The notes beneath the pieces are model-generated. The model saw nothing but the letters and a program-made list of their open reading frames with translations, was not told the DNA's origin and did no database searches. From positions 128,001 through 192,000 of the forward strand of contig CAVSNY010000007.1 in NCBI GenBank assembly GCA_963729605.1: a stretch of 64,000 bases of DNA, read 5' to 3'. Shown piece by piece: positions 1 through 10,251 of the stretch. The translations under genes and the position numbers were made by a program. The DNA comes from an uncultured Gammaproteobacteria bacterium. GTDB lineage: Bacteria; Pseudomonadota; Gammaproteobacteria; DRLM01. Every line of letters starts with the position of its first letter. Positions within the stretch are counted from its first letter, which is position 1.

Positions 1-430
1 CGCCGAAGCGTTGCGCGGTGGCCGGCATCAGTTGCATCAGGCCCGAGGCCCCTTTGGGGGAAATGGCGCGGTCGTTGAAAGCCGACTCGGCCTGGATGAT
101 GGCATGTACCAGGGCCTTGTCCACTTGGTAATCCGCCGCGGCGCGGGTCACGATGCTGTCGAGGTGAGCCGGCGGCTGCATGGCCCGCAGCGGCGCGCTA
201 AGTTTGCGGCCCGGGCTGTACGACACTTTGGTGGCGCGCGAGCCGGCGGCACGGTATTTCTTCACCTCCACCAAGGTGTCGCGCCGGTCATGGCTGCGGA
301 TGTTGGTGTAGTTGAGCACCCCGTTTTCATCGCGGTAGACGTAGATGTCCGACTGGGCCGGGGCCGGCCCGCTGGTGGCCGCCAAGGCCAGTCCGGCGAC
401 AATGCAATGCAGGAGTTTGGCTGATCTCAT
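1..430 (-). CDS. Lytic transglycosylase (SLT domain) with signal peptide and DUF4124-like N-terminus; runs off the window edge
   Basis: Not in the ORF track. Manual translation from ATG at 430: MRSAKLLHCIVAGLALAATSG...DIYVYRDENGVLNYTN...VHAIIQAESAFNDRAISPKGASGLMQLMPATAQRFG, containing the SLT motifs (ES catalytic Glu, GLMQ). Confidence 0.9.
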   Translation of the reverse strand, partial: MRSAKLLHCIVAGLALAATSGPAPAQSDIYVYRDENGVLNYTNIRSHDRRDTLVEVKKYRAAGSRATKVSYSPGRKLSAPLRAMQPPAHLDSIVTRAAADYQVDKALVHAIIQAESAFNDRAISPKGASGLMQLMPATAQRFG

Positions 431-620
431 GGCATCGTTGTTCTGTTATTGGTACCCGTCTGTGATTCGGCGGAACCCGCAACCCTCGCATCCACCGCCC
501 GTTCACATCGTGGTGGCCTGAACCACCCCTTATCCCCACCGATCCCGTGGGGCCTGCAAAGTATAGCGGGTAATTCAGGCCGTGGCTTGAACGGCCGGCT
601 CGGGCCGCCGCTCGAACCGG

Positions 621-1814
621 TCAGTTTGGCAGCACCCGGCAGATCAAGGCCTTGAGGTATTCGGTCTCCACGACTGCCGGCAGAATGGGGTGGTCCGGCC
701 CCTGCTGGCCTTGTTCGAGGATCACCAGATTGCGGTCGACGTGGCGGCTGGTCTGCTGCAAGACCTGGCGCAGATTGGCCGCCGACAGGTGATAAGAGCA
801 AGAAGCCGAGATCAATATCCCGTCTTTCGCCAGCACCTGCATGGCCTGTTGGTTGAGCCGCTGATAGGCCGCCAGCCCGGCGTGAAAATCCTTTTTGCGT
901 TTGATGAAGGCCGGCGGATCGAGGATCACCACGTCGAAACGTTCGCGCTCTTCGCGCAATTGCTTGAGCACCTCGAAGGCCTCGCCGTGGAGGGTGCTCA
1001 GCCGTCCTTCCACCCCATTCAACGCGGCGTTGCGGCTCACCCGCGCCAAGGCCTGTTCCGAACTGTCGACACATACCACCTGCCCAGCTCCCGCCGCCGC
1101 GGCCTGCACCCCCCAGCCGCCGATGTAGCTGAACACGTCCAGCACCCGCTTGCCGGCCACATACTGCTGCATGCGGGCGCGGTTCATGCGGTGATCGTAA
1201 AACCAGCCGGTCTTCTGGCCGCTGAGGATGGGCGCTACGAAGCGCACGCCGTTTTCTTCCAGCGCCACCTCGTCCGCCGGTTCGCCCCAGGCGGTTTCAA
1301 CGTAATTCTCCAAACCTTCCAGGGCGCGGCTCGAGCCGTCATTGCGAAAGACGATGCGGGCCGGCTGCAATACCTCCCGCAAGGCGATGACGATCTCGTC
1401 TTTGACGCGCTCCATGCCCGCGGTGTTGATCTGCGCCACCAGGGTGTCGCCGTAACGGTCCACCACCAGCCCGGGCAGGCCGTCGCCCTCGCCGAACACC
1501 AGCCGGTAATAGGGCTGGGCGAACAGCCGTTCGCGCAGCGCCAAGGCGATATTGAGGCGGTGCACCAGCAGCGATTTATTGAGCATGTATTTGACGTCGC
1601 GGCTCACCAGGCGGCCGCAGATCAGCGAATGGGGGTTCACGTATCCGCTGCCGAGTGTCTTGCCGGCGTGGTCTTGAAATTCCACCGACTGGCCCGCCGC
1701 GAAGACGGTGAGCGGCGTCGCGGCGATGTCCACCTCGTTGCTGAATACCCAGACATGGCCGGCGCGCAGGCGTTTGTCTTCATGCTGTTTTAAACGGAGG
1801 GGGGCGAGATCCAC
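621..1814 (-). CDS. rlmI: 23S rRNA m5C1962 methyltransferase RlmI-like (PUA + class I SAM domain)
   Basis: GHVWVFSNEV, GQKTGWFYDHR, VLDVFSYIGGWG, DVVILDPPAF and SASCS motifs. Likely start is GTG at 1814 (VDLAPLRLK). Confidence 0.85.
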   Translation of the reverse strand: MDLAPLRLKQHEDKRLRAGHVWVFSNEVDIAATPLTVFAAGQSVEFQDHAGKTLGSGYVNPHSLICGRLVSRDVKYMLNKSLLVHRLNIALALRERLFAQPYYRLVFGEGDGLPGLVVDRYGDTLVAQINTAGMERVKDEIVIALREVLQPARIVFRNDGSSRALEGLENYVETAWGEPADEVALEENGVRFVAPILSGQKTGWFYDHRMNRARMQQYVAGKRVLDVFSYIGGWGVQAAAAGAGQVVCVDSSEQALARVSRNAALNGVEGRLSTLHGEAFEVLKQLREERERFDVVILDPPAFIKRKKDFHAGLAAYQRLNQQAMQVLAKDGILISASCSYHLSAANLRQVLQQTSRHVDRNLVILEQGQQGPDHPILPAVVETEYLKALICRVLPN

Positions 1815-2051
1815 GGGGTGTCCTTCATGCGGCGGGTGGGGGGCAAGCTTAGTGAATTCCCGGCCGGCGGGCAACGCCGGCGGACGGCCTGTCTCGGCGC
1901 CGAACAAGTTTTTTCCGGTAAAAACGTAAAGCGCGTACCATGGAGCACTCTGCGCGTGATGGCGCTATCGCTACGGAGTGAGGCAATTCCGCTTTCGCCC
2001 CGATGATCCAGTGTCACGCCAGACCGAGTTCGACCCCGAGGCGGGTCCGCC

Positions 2052-2714
2052 ATGCCGGATTACCAAGTCAAATTCGCGACCCACGCCATCGGCCGGGTGG
2101 ATATTCAAATCCGCTCCTTGCTGGATAAGCAACAATACGCCGATCCGGCAGGGGTAGCGGAACGGCTGGGCATTTCGTCGGCGACCTGGCCCTTGTTCGG
2201 CGTGGTGTGGCCGGCGGGTTTGATCCTCGCCGAGATCATGAGCCGCTTCCCCATCGCGGGGAAACGCATTCTGGAAGTGGGTTGCGGCATCGCGGTGGCC
2301 AGCATCGTGATCCATCAGCAAGGCGGCGACATCACCGCAAGCGACATCCATCCCCTGGCCGGTCCGTTTCTAGTGAAGAACATCGCGCTCAATCATTTTC
2401 CGCCCATCAAATTTCAAGCCGGCAACTGGCTGACGGAAAATCCCCTGCTCGGCAAGTTCGATCTGATCATCGGCAGCGACGTCTTGTACGAACCCGCCCA
2501 CCCCGGTTTGTTGTCGCGCTTCATCGCCCGCCATTCCAGTGATGAAGTGGAAGTGATCATCGTCGATCCCGGCCGCGGCCTTCACGGCGGATTCACGCGA
2601 GAAATGGCCGCGCTGGGTTACGCCCATTCCTCCGCGAAGCCCGGCGCGCAAGCAACCAAAGGCGTGCCCTTCAAGGGACGAGTTTTGAATTATCAACGCA
2701 AGCTGGACGGCTGA
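2052..2714 (+). CDS. Class I SAM-dependent methyltransferase, METTL21/family-16-like
   Basis: WPLFGVVWPAG, ILEVGCGIAV and FDLIIGSDVLYE motifs. Confidence 0.8.
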   Translation: MPDYQVKFATHAIGRVDIQIRSLLDKQQYADPAGVAERLGISSATWPLFGVVWPAGLILAEIMSRFPIAGKRILEVGCGIAVASIVIHQQGGDITASDIHPLAGPFLVKNIALNHFPPIKFQAGNWLTENPLLGKFDLIIGSDVLYEPAHPGLLSRFIARHSSDEVEVIIVDPGRGLHGGFTREMAALGYAHSSAKPGAQATKGVPFKGRVLNYQRKLDG

Positions 2715-2928
2715 GTTTCCGTTGCGAGAACGGTTGGGATTTTGCGCGCGCGGTTGGTGGACATCCGCGCGATGGAAGAAAAATTCAGTGCAATGGCGCG
2801 TTCCGATCCGCCGCGTCGCTGCTGTTAAATCCGCAATTGAATGATGGACGCACGGATTGCAATAATCCCGCCCCTCGCAAGGGGGAAGGAACGGTTCCAT
2901 TTTTTTGGTTGCCGGGTCAATACCGGTA

Positions 2929-4404
2929 TCAATAACTCTCCGGCCTCGGCCATGTGATCGCTCGATACTCGTGGCAATGGCGCGCATACAATGTGCGCAA
3001 GATTTTGCCGTCCGGGGTGACGGCGGGGACGGCTTGCAAGGGAGTGCAGCGGGCGAAGGCCTGCGTCAATTCCGGCGGCGCGTCGGGCGAGGTGCTGACC
3101 CACAGACCGTCGCGGCCGGCCTCGCGAGTTATGTCGGGCCACAAGTCGTGTTGATTGAAACGGCGCGTGCTGTTGCCCGCCACGTACACCGGCAACTCTT
3201 CCGGCCAATAAAAGGCCATTTCGGCGGCGAGTTTGTAGTTGGGCGTAAGAATGAATTCCACCGGCGGCGTTTGCGCGCTCAATGCGGCGACCGGCGCGCG
3301 CCAGGCCTTGGTGTCCTTGAAAGGGTCCTGGTGATTGTGTAAACCCAAGGCATAGGGAAAGTAGGCGGCGAACATCAAGGCTGAGGCCAACACGAAACCA
3401 GCCACCAACGCACGCCGTTTCCAACACGCCAGCACCGGGATGTAACCCGCGAACAGGATAAGCAAACCGATATAGCCGGCGGCCGGCCAATTCACTTGCA
3501 CCTTGGCGCCGAACGCCTTGAAGACGAAAAAGGCGATCCACGCCAGCGACAGTCCCCATAATAAACGCGGACCGCTGTCTTTAGGCGGTCGCCACAATAC
3601 CGTGAGCGCGATCACCACCACCAGCGGCGACAGCGCGACGGCCTGCCCCACCAGAAAAGACAGGACGCGCAGCACCGAGCCGTCGGTGCCGCCGACGTGG
3701 CCGGCTTCATGGCGCAACATCACCCAATCGTGGGCGGCGTTCCACGCCAATACCGGACTCATGATGACGAGCATGAGCAGCAGTCCGCCCCATAACTGCG
3801 GCGATTTCAGCTGCGCCCGCCAGCGCGGATGGAGCAACACCGCGATGCCCACCGCCGCGGGCAACAGACCGATGCTGAGTTTGGTGAGCGCGCCGAGGCC
3901 TACCGCCGCGCCCACTTCGAACCAGGCGCGCGGCCGCTCGAAAATCAGCGCGCGATAACTCGCCCACAGGCCCCAGGTCCAGCAGAGGAACAGCCAGATG
4001 TCGGTGGTCATCACCAGGCCGAGGGTGAAATACAGCGGCGTGAACAAGGTGAGCCACACCGCCCACCAGGCGGCGGCGCGGCTTTGCCACACGTCGCGGG
4101 CGAAGTGAAACACCACCGCCAGCAGCGCGCCGTGCGCCAGCCAGGCGGGCAGGCGCACTTGCCACTCGCCGTGGCCGAACACGGCTTCGGAAAGGGCGAT
4201 CAGCCACGCCACCAGCGGTCCCTTGGAGTAGTAACTCCAATCCAGCTGCCGCGACCACTCCCAATATTGGGCCTCGTCGTAATGCAGTTCGACGCCGGCG
4301 GCGCGGGTGAGAGCGGCCTTCGCCGCGACTAAACCCAGCGCCAGCGCCGCCAGCCACAGACCGTCGCGGTGGGTCGAGCGCGGCGTTATTCCGGGAGCTT
4401 CCAA
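2929..4404 (-). CDS. ArnT/PMT-like (GT-C fold) membrane glycosyltransferase
   Basis: DEAQYWEWSRQLDWSYYSKGPLVAW motif and many TM segments. Start inferred at TTG 4404; the longer ORF overlaps the GT2 gene. Confidence 0.85.
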   Translation of the reverse strand: MEAPGITPRSTHRDGLWLAALALGLVAAKAALTRAAGVELHYDEAQYWEWSRQLDWSYYSKGPLVAWLIALSEAVFGHGEWQVRLPAWLAHGALLAVVFHFARDVWQSRAAAWWAVWLTLFTPLYFTLGLVMTTDIWLFLCWTWGLWASYRALIFERPRAWFEVGAAVGLGALTKLSIGLLPAAVGIAVLLHPRWRAQLKSPQLWGGLLLMLVIMSPVLAWNAAHDWVMLRHEAGHVGGTDGSVLRVLSFLVGQAVALSPLVVVIALTVLWRPPKDSGPRLLWGLSLAWIAFFVFKAFGAKVQVNWPAAGYIGLLILFAGYIPVLACWKRRALVAGFVLASALMFAAYFPYALGLHNHQDPFKDTKAWRAPVAALSAQTPPVEFILTPNYKLAAEMAFYWPEELPVYVAGNSTRRFNQHDLWPDITREAGRDGLWVSTSPDAPPELTQAFARCTPLQAVPAVTPDGKILRTLYARHCHEYRAITWPRPESY

Positions 4405-5396
4405 TCCACGTCCTTGGGCCCGCCGTTGCCGTCGTCGCGCACTATATAAGAACGGGTATGGCTGGATTCGTAATAGGTACGCGCCATCATCTCGCTCAAC
4501 ACGCCGGTGGTGAGGAATTGCACGGCCATGAGCATCAGCAACACGCTGATCAGCAGCAGCGGCCGGGTGCCGATGTCTTCGCCCAAGAAGAGTTTGACGA
4601 AGGCGAGATAGCCGAGCCCCAACATACCCAGTCCGCCGAAGATCAGACCGATGCGGCCGAAGAAATGACCGGGCCGGCTGCGGAAACGCATGAAAAAATA
4701 CACCACCAGCAGATCGAGTATCACCCGGAAGGTACGGCCGATGCCGTATTTGGATTGTCCGTACTGGCGGGCATGATGATGTACCACTTCTTCCTTGATG
4801 CGGCGCGGCGAGGTGTTGGCCGCCATCCAGGCCGGGATGAAACGGTGCATCTCGCCGTAGAGACGGACGTTCTTGATGATGTTGGCGCGGAACACTTTGA
4901 GACTGCAACCGTAGTCATGCAGTTCGACTTGGGTGATCTGGCCGATCAGCCGGTTGGCGAGACGCGACGGGATCTTACGCAGCAAGGTGTCCTGCCGGTT
5001 CTTGCGCCAGCCCGCCACCAGATCCAAATCCTCTTCCAGCAGCCGTTTCACCAGACGCGGGATGTCGATGGGATCGTTTTGCAGGTCGCCGTCCAGGGTG
5101 GCGATCACGTCGCCGCGCGCGGCGTCGATGCCCGCCTGCATGGCGGCGGTCTGGCCGAAGTTGCGTTGTAAATCGACGAGGCGCACGTGGTTGCCCCATT
5201 GCTGGATGGCCAGCCGCATCTGCTGTTCGGTGGCGTCGCCGCTGCCGTCATTCACCAGCACCAGTTCCCAGGGATTGCGGTAATCGGCCAAGGCTTCGTG
5301 GACCTGCCCGACCAGCGGGGCCACATTGTCCTCTTCGTTATACATGGGCACCACCAGTGAAAGGCGGTGCGGCCGGCCGGTTTGTTCAATTTGCAT
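4386..5396 (-). CDS. GT2 polyprenyl-phosphate glycosyltransferase (ArnC/DPM1-like)
   Basis: SLVVPMYNEE, VNDGSGD, RNFGQTAAMQAG, TLDGDLQNDP and DYGCSLK motifs; two C-terminal TM helices. Confidence 0.9.
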   Translation of the reverse strand: MQIEQTGRPHRLSLVVPMYNEEDNVAPLVGQVHEALADYRNPWELVLVNDGSGDATEQQMRLAIQQWGNHVRLVDLQRNFGQTAAMQAGIDAARGDVIATLDGDLQNDPIDIPRLVKRLLEEDLDLVAGWRKNRQDTLLRKIPSRLANRLIGQITQVELHDYGCSLKVFRANIIKNVRLYGEMHRFIPAWMAANTSPRRIKEEVVHHHARQYGQSKYGIGRTFRVILDLLVVYFFMRFRSRPGHFFGRIGLIFGGLGMLGLGYLAFVKLFLGEDIGTRPLLLISVLLMLMAVQFLTTGVLSEMMARTYYESSHTRSYIVRDDGNGGPKDVDWKLPE

Positions 5397-5985
5397 ATCG
5401 ACACTTCCCTGGCGCGACTTTCGAACGGAGACGCCTTAAAAAAGGCAGATAATTTAATCCGAGCCACGCGCTCGCGTATCCCCAACAGCAACCCATCAAT
5501 GTCCCCGCCCCGATTTGGCTGGGATAATGTTTGCCCAAATAGACGCGCGACAGCGCTACCAGCGCGGCGAGGACGAACAACCAGGCGACGCGTCCGCCCA
5601 GCACCAGGCTGAGAAAGGTCGCGGTGGCGAAGGCGTTGAGCGCATGATTGGAAGGCATGCCGGTGAGGCCGCCGCCGCAGGCCATGCCGGGGGCATGATC
5701 CAGTTGGCGCACATGCTCGGCCAGCGCATAACAGGGCCGGGGTTCGGCGAATACCCCTTTAAGTAAATTGCCCATGAAATCCCCGGCGCCCACCACCAGG
5801 ATCAATACCAGCCAAAATTGAATTCCGATCTTGTGCCAGCGCCAGGCGAACAGCGCCAGCAACAGTAGCGCGAAGGGCAAGGCGAACCCGTCGCGGGACG
5901 ACAGCCAACTGAACAGGCCGTCCAATACCGGATGAGCCCAATCCTGATTGATCCATAACAACAGCACTTCATCCACGCCGTTCAT
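5386..5985 (-). CDS. PAP2-family membrane phosphatase
   Basis: KxxxxxxRP (KGVFAEPRP), PSNH and SRVYLGKHYPSQ catalytic motifs. Confidence 0.9.
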   Translation of the reverse strand: MNGVDEVLLLWINQDWAHPVLDGLFSWLSSRDGFALPFALLLLALFAWRWHKIGIQFWLVLILVVGAGDFMGNLLKGVFAEPRPCYALAEHVRQLDHAPGMACGGGLTGMPSNHALNAFATATFLSLVLGGRVAWLFVLAALVALSRVYLGKHYPSQIGAGTLMGCCWGYASAWLGLNYLPFLRRLRSKVAPGKCRYAN

Positions 5986-6889
5986 CCTTTATCAACACGC
6001 TGGCCGCGCCGCCCGCCAGCGTCGTGCCCAATAAAAACAAATGCAGATTCACCGCCGCCGCCAGCGCCGCCGCCGGCGTTACGCCGTAGGGTAACAAACC
6101 CGCCACCACGCCCGCTTCATAGGTGCCGGCGCCCGCGATGCCGTGCACCGGCAAGACGCTGGTGAGGTCGCCGGCGATGGCGCCCATCCAGGCCGCGGGC
6201 AAGGAAATGTCGATGAAAAAACCCAGCACCCAGGCGAAGGCCGCCAGCTTCACTATCCAATTGATCCAAGTCCAAGCCCAGGCCCGCCAAAAAGCGCCCT
6301 GCTCCGCCGGCAAGCCGGTGAGCAATTGGCCGAGCTGGCGCCGCCAGCCGCCGGCCTCCGGTTTATTCAGCGCCGCGCGCAGGCGCTGCGCGAAGCGGAA
6401 GGCCAGCAACGGCAACCACACCATCAGACCCGCCGCGAGAAAATAAGTCGCGCCGCCGAAAGGCTGAACGGCCAGGGCGATAATCACCAAGGTGTGCAGG
6501 TCGAGGGCGCGAAACCACAGCAGCGCCGGCACCGAGCGCCGCGCCGGTACGCTGAAATAACGCGACATCAGCACCGGAAAACTCAGTTCGCCGCTGCGCA
6601 TGGGCAGGAGGTTATTGAGCAGGTTGTGCTGGAGGGTGAGTTTGAGGCACAGCGCGAAGCCGCCGCGCATTTCGGCGCGGAAATAGTCGAACAACCGCAC
6701 CGTCCTCACCCCATAGCTGAGCGCTGCCAGCCCCGCCGCCAAGAGGATTTCCCACCACGGCAGTTGCCGCCAGGGTGCCAGCAAGGCGGCCCAGCCCAGA
6801 TAGTGCTCGATGAAGACCGCGAAACCGACCAGAATCACGGCGCCGAGCAAGGGCCGCCACAGCTGTTTCAATATCATTCCCGTCCGCAT
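5969..6889 (-). CDS. Lysylphosphatidylglycerol-synthase-TM / flippase-like membrane protein
   Basis: NNLLPMRSGE and LPVHGIAGAGTYEAG motifs; hydrophobic. Start at MRTGMILKQ is inferred. Confidence 0.75.
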   Translation of the reverse strand: MRTGMILKQLWRPLLGAVILVGFAVFIEHYLGWAALLAPWRQLPWWEILLAAGLAALSYGVRTVRLFDYFRAEMRGGFALCLKLTLQHNLLNNLLPMRSGELSFPVLMSRYFSVPARRSVPALLWFRALDLHTLVIIALAVQPFGGATYFLAAGLMVWLPLLAFRFAQRLRAALNKPEAGGWRRQLGQLLTGLPAEQGAFWRAWAWTWINWIVKLAAFAWVLGFFIDISLPAAWMGAIAGDLTSVLPVHGIAGAGTYEAGVVAGLLPYGVTPAAALAAAVNLHLFLLGTTLAGGAASVLIKDERRG

Positions 6890-7186
6890 TGGAGATCGAT
6901 ATGGGTGATGGGGCCGAACTGGATAAAGGCATTTTTCCCGCCGCTCACCACCGGCGCCATGGTAGGGCTTGCGGCGGCCGGGGTAAACCGCAGGCGGCGG
7001 CGTCCGGCTTGTATTTTGCCGATTCAAACCGGGATAATACCACCCACATTAAACGCTGAGGCGCGACGCGGCGAAAATGGTCCGCGCCGGGCCGCCCTTT
7101 TCTATCAGCACGCCCGCCTACCGTCACGGCCGGCGATCTTTGCCGCGGGCAACAACGGTTCATCTCAACTTTAAGGAATCCGCATT

Positions 7187-8197
7187 ATGACAATGGGCAC
7201 GACCATTACCCAATTCATCATCGAAGAGCAGCGCCGCGTCCCCGGCGCTACCGGCGAGTTCACCCTCCTACTCAACGACATCGTGACCGCCACCAAAATC
7301 ATCGCCAACGACGTCAACAAGGGCGCGCTGGCGGGTGTGCTGGGCGGGGCCGGCACCGAGAACGTGCAGGGCGAGGATCAAAAGAAGCTGGACGTGATCT
7401 CCAACGACGTGATGATCCGCACCAGCGAGCGCTCCGGCCACCTGGCGGCGATGGCCTCCGAGGAAATGGAAGAAATCCTGCCGATTCCCCCCCAGTTCCC
7501 CAAAGGCAAATACCTGTTGTTGTTCGATCCCCTCGACGGCTCGTCCAACATCGACATCAACATTTCCGTGGGCACCATCTTCTCGATCCTAAAGGCGCCC
7601 GAAGGCAAAAAAGACGTCACCGCCGACGATTTCCTGCAACCCGGCACCCGTCAGGTGTGCGCCGGTTACGCCCTCTACGGGCCGTCCACCATGCTGGTGC
7701 TCACCACCGGCCACGGCGTCAGCGGCTTCACCCTCGACCGCAACGTGGGCGAGTATTACCTCACCCATCCCAATATGCAGGTCCCGGCCGACACCAAGGA
7801 ATTCGCCATCAACGCCTCCAACAGCCGCTTCTGGGAAGCGCCGGTACAGCGTTACATCAATGAATGCCTGGCCGGTAAGACGGGTGTGCGCGGCAAGGAT
7901 TTCAATATGCGCTGGGTGGCGTCGATGGTGGCGGAGGTGCACCGCATCCTCGTGCGCGGTGGCATCTTCATGTACCCCCGCGACAACAAAGACCCTTCCA
8001 AGGCCGGCAAGCTGCGCCTGATGTACGAAGCCAATCCGATGTCCTTCATCATCGAGCAGGCCGGCGGCGCCTCCTCCACCGGCCGCGAACGCATGCTCGA
8101 CGTCAAACCCAGCGGCCTGCATCAGCGCGTGCCGGTCATCCTCGGTTCCAAAAACGAGGTGGAGCGCGTGGTGTCCTATCACAAGGAAATCGATTAA
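7187..8197 (+). CDS. fbp: Class 1 fructose-1,6-bisphosphatase
   Basis: [21 protein letters not shown] and [11 protein letters not shown] motifs; AAGGA RBS. Confidence 0.97.
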   Translation: MTMGTTITQFIIEEQRRVPGATGEFTLLLNDIVTATKIIANDVNKGALAGVLGGAGTENVQGEDQKKLDVISNDVMIRTSERSGHLAAMASEEMEEILPIPPQFPKGKYLLLFDPLDGSSNIDINISVGTIFSILKAPEGKKDVTADDFLQPGTRQVCAGYALYGPSTMLVLTTGHGVSGFTLDRNVGEYYLTHPNMQVPADTKEFAINASNSRFWEAPVQRYINECLAGKTGVRGKDFNMRWVASMVAEVHRILVRGGIFMYPRDNKDPSKAGKLRLMYEANPMSFIIEQAGGASSTGRERMLDVKPSGLHQRVPVILGSKNEVERVVSYHKEID

Positions 8198-8232
8198 CCT
8201 AGACGGCGTAACGCTAGATTTGGCCCTACCCA

Positions 8233-8269
8233 CCCCGGCTTTGAATAGAGGCCGGGGTTTTTTATTTTT
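8233..8269 (+). terminator. Rho-independent terminator after fbp
   Basis: CCCCGGC-loop-GCCGGGG followed by TTTTTTATTTTT. Confidence 0.8.
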
Positions 8270-8403
8270 CCATCCGCCACCCGAGAGGATGCACACCGTT
8301 CGTCGGTCTGGGTAAAGCCCGCCTTTATTTGTCCGATACTTGATAAAGGTTGATACGGACCGGCCGCCGCGGGCATCGATCCCGTCGCGGCAGCCCAAGG
8401 GAT

Positions 8404-10251
8404 ATGAGGATGGAATCAAGGCGTACCTCCCGGCTCGTGGTCATGGCGGCCGGCCTGTTTTGGTTTTTTGCATGGCCCGCCACCGGACTCGCCGCCACCG
8501 CCAGCGAGTCGGCGAACGATGTGCGGGTGCTGATCGACATCTCCGGCAGCATGAAGCGCAACGACCCGAATAATCTGCGGGCACCCGCCCTGCGTCTGCT
8601 CACCGGCCTGCTGCCCAACGGCGCCCGCGCCGGCGTGTGGATTTATGGCCGGCAAGTGAACATGCTGGTGCCGCACGGGACGGTGGACGCGCGATGGAAA
8701 GACCATGCGCAGCAGGCCGCCGCCAAGATCGGCTCCACGGGGTTGTTCACCAACATCGAGGACGCCTTGCTCAAGGCCGGTCAGGATTGGCAAAGCGCCG
8801 ATCCCGCCGCGCAGCGGAGTCTGATCATGCTCACCGACGGTTTGGTGGACATCTCGAAAGACCCGGCCCTCAACAGCGCCTCGCGCGATCGTATCGTCAA
8901 CGAAATCCTGCCCCGGTTGCGCGACGCCGGGGTCAAAATCCATACCATCGCCCTTTCCAAAGATGCGGATCACGCCCTGTTGCGGCAACTCGCCGCCGCC
9001 AGTGACGGCTGGTACGAAAATGTGGACAACGCCGACGATTTGCAGCGGGTGTTTCTGCGGATGTTCGAAAAGGCCACCAAGCCGGATACCCTGCCGATCA
9101 AGGACAACACCGTGCAGGTGGACGCCAGCATCGAGGAGATGACCTTGCTGGTATTCCGCGAGTCGGGAAAATCCATTGAATTGCTTACCCCCGCCGATAA
9201 AATCCACAGCGCCGCCGCGCCGCCCGCGTCCGCGCGCTGGTACAGCGATACCGGTTACGACCTCATCACCCTCAGCAAACCCGAGCCGGGCGCATGGCGG
9301 ATACGCGGCACCCAGGACAGCGACAACCGGGTGATGGTGGTCAGCAACTTAAAAGTACGCGCCACCGGCTTGCCCAATAATCTGAGCGTCGATGCCGCGC
9401 CTTATTATTTCGTGCAACTGACCCAGGACGGTACGGTAATCAACCAGCAAAAATTTCTCGAGCTGGTGAAAATCCGTTTGCTGCGGCAAGACCCGCAGGG
9501 GAAACAAACCGAGTCGCCGCTCTTGGATGACGGTCAGGCGCCGGACATCAGCGCGGGCGACGGCACCTTCAGTTATCGTTTCAGCAACCCCATGAACGAA
9601 GGCCGCCACGAACTGATCCTGCTGGTGGACGGCACCACGTTCAAACGCGAACAGCGCCAGGTGGTCAACGTCTATTCGCAGCCGGCCGCGGCCGGCGTCA
9701 GTCCACACCCGGCGGGCGGCGGACGTTATGTGTTGACGGTGATCCCGCACGCCGGTTTGATCGACACTCAGACCATGCAAGTCACCGCGGTCGTCACCGG
9801 TCCCGACGGCAACACCACTGAAACCGCCCTGGCCCAGAACGGCCCCGCGGAATGGCGGCGCGAGATCACCGTCGATGACGGCGCCGGCCGTTCCCGCGCC
9901 GAATTCACCGTGCAGGGCATGCGCCCCGACGGTAAACCCATCACCGAAAAACTCGACATGATCTCCTTCGGCGCCGACGGCGTGGAGGTCTTGCCGCCGC
10001 CCGCCGCACCCGTCGTGGAACCGGCGGCAGAACCCGCCGCCGAGGCGCCGCCGGCCGCCGAAACGGCCGCAGATAGTCATGCCGAGCCCGCCGCCGAAAC
10101 GCAGCCCGCCGAGCCTGTCGACTGGTTCGCGGTGGCCTGGCAAACCCTGTTGATCAACGCGGTGCTGATCGCGGTCGGCTTCTTCGCCTATAAGCGCTGG
10201 CGCCGGGCGCAGCGGCCGCCGGCGGTGTCTCTGGAGGCCACCGAACCATGA
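8404..10251 (+). CDS. Exported VWA-domain protein with TIGR03503-like middle region, DDG..D..AGDG motif, Pro/Ala/Glu linker and C-terminal membrane anchor
   Basis: Signal peptide, MIDAS motif DISGSM..T..LTDG, LLDDGQAPDISAGDGTFS, PAAE repeats, TM followed by KRWRR. Confidence 0.8.
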   Translation: MRMESRRTSRLVVMAAGLFWFFAWPATGLAATASESANDVRVLIDISGSMKRNDPNNLRAPALRLLTGLLPNGARAGVWIYGRQVNMLVPHGTVDARWKDHAQQAAAKIGSTGLFTNIEDALLKAGQDWQSADPAAQRSLIMLTDGLVDISKDPALNSASRDRIVNEILPRLRDAGVKIHTIALSKDADHALLRQLAAASDGWYENVDNADDLQRVFLRMFEKATKPDTLPIKDNTVQVDASIEEMTLLVFRESGKSIELLTPADKIHSAAAPPASARWYSDTGYDLITLSKPEPGAWRIRGTQDSDNRVMVVSNLKVRATGLPNNLSVDAAPYYFVQLTQDGTVINQQKFLELVKIRLLRQDPQGKQTESPLLDDGQAPDISAGDGTFSYRFSNPMNEGRHELILLVDGTTFKREQRQVVNVYSQPAAAGVSPHPAGGGRYVLTVIPHAGLIDTQTMQVTAVVTGPDGNTTETALAQNGPAEWRREITVDDGAGRSRAEFTVQGMRPDGKPITEKLDMISFGADGVEVLPPPAAPVVEPAAEPAAEAPPAAETAADSHAEPAAETQPAEPVDWFAVAWQTLLINAVLIAVGFFAYKRWRRAQRPPAVSLEATEP

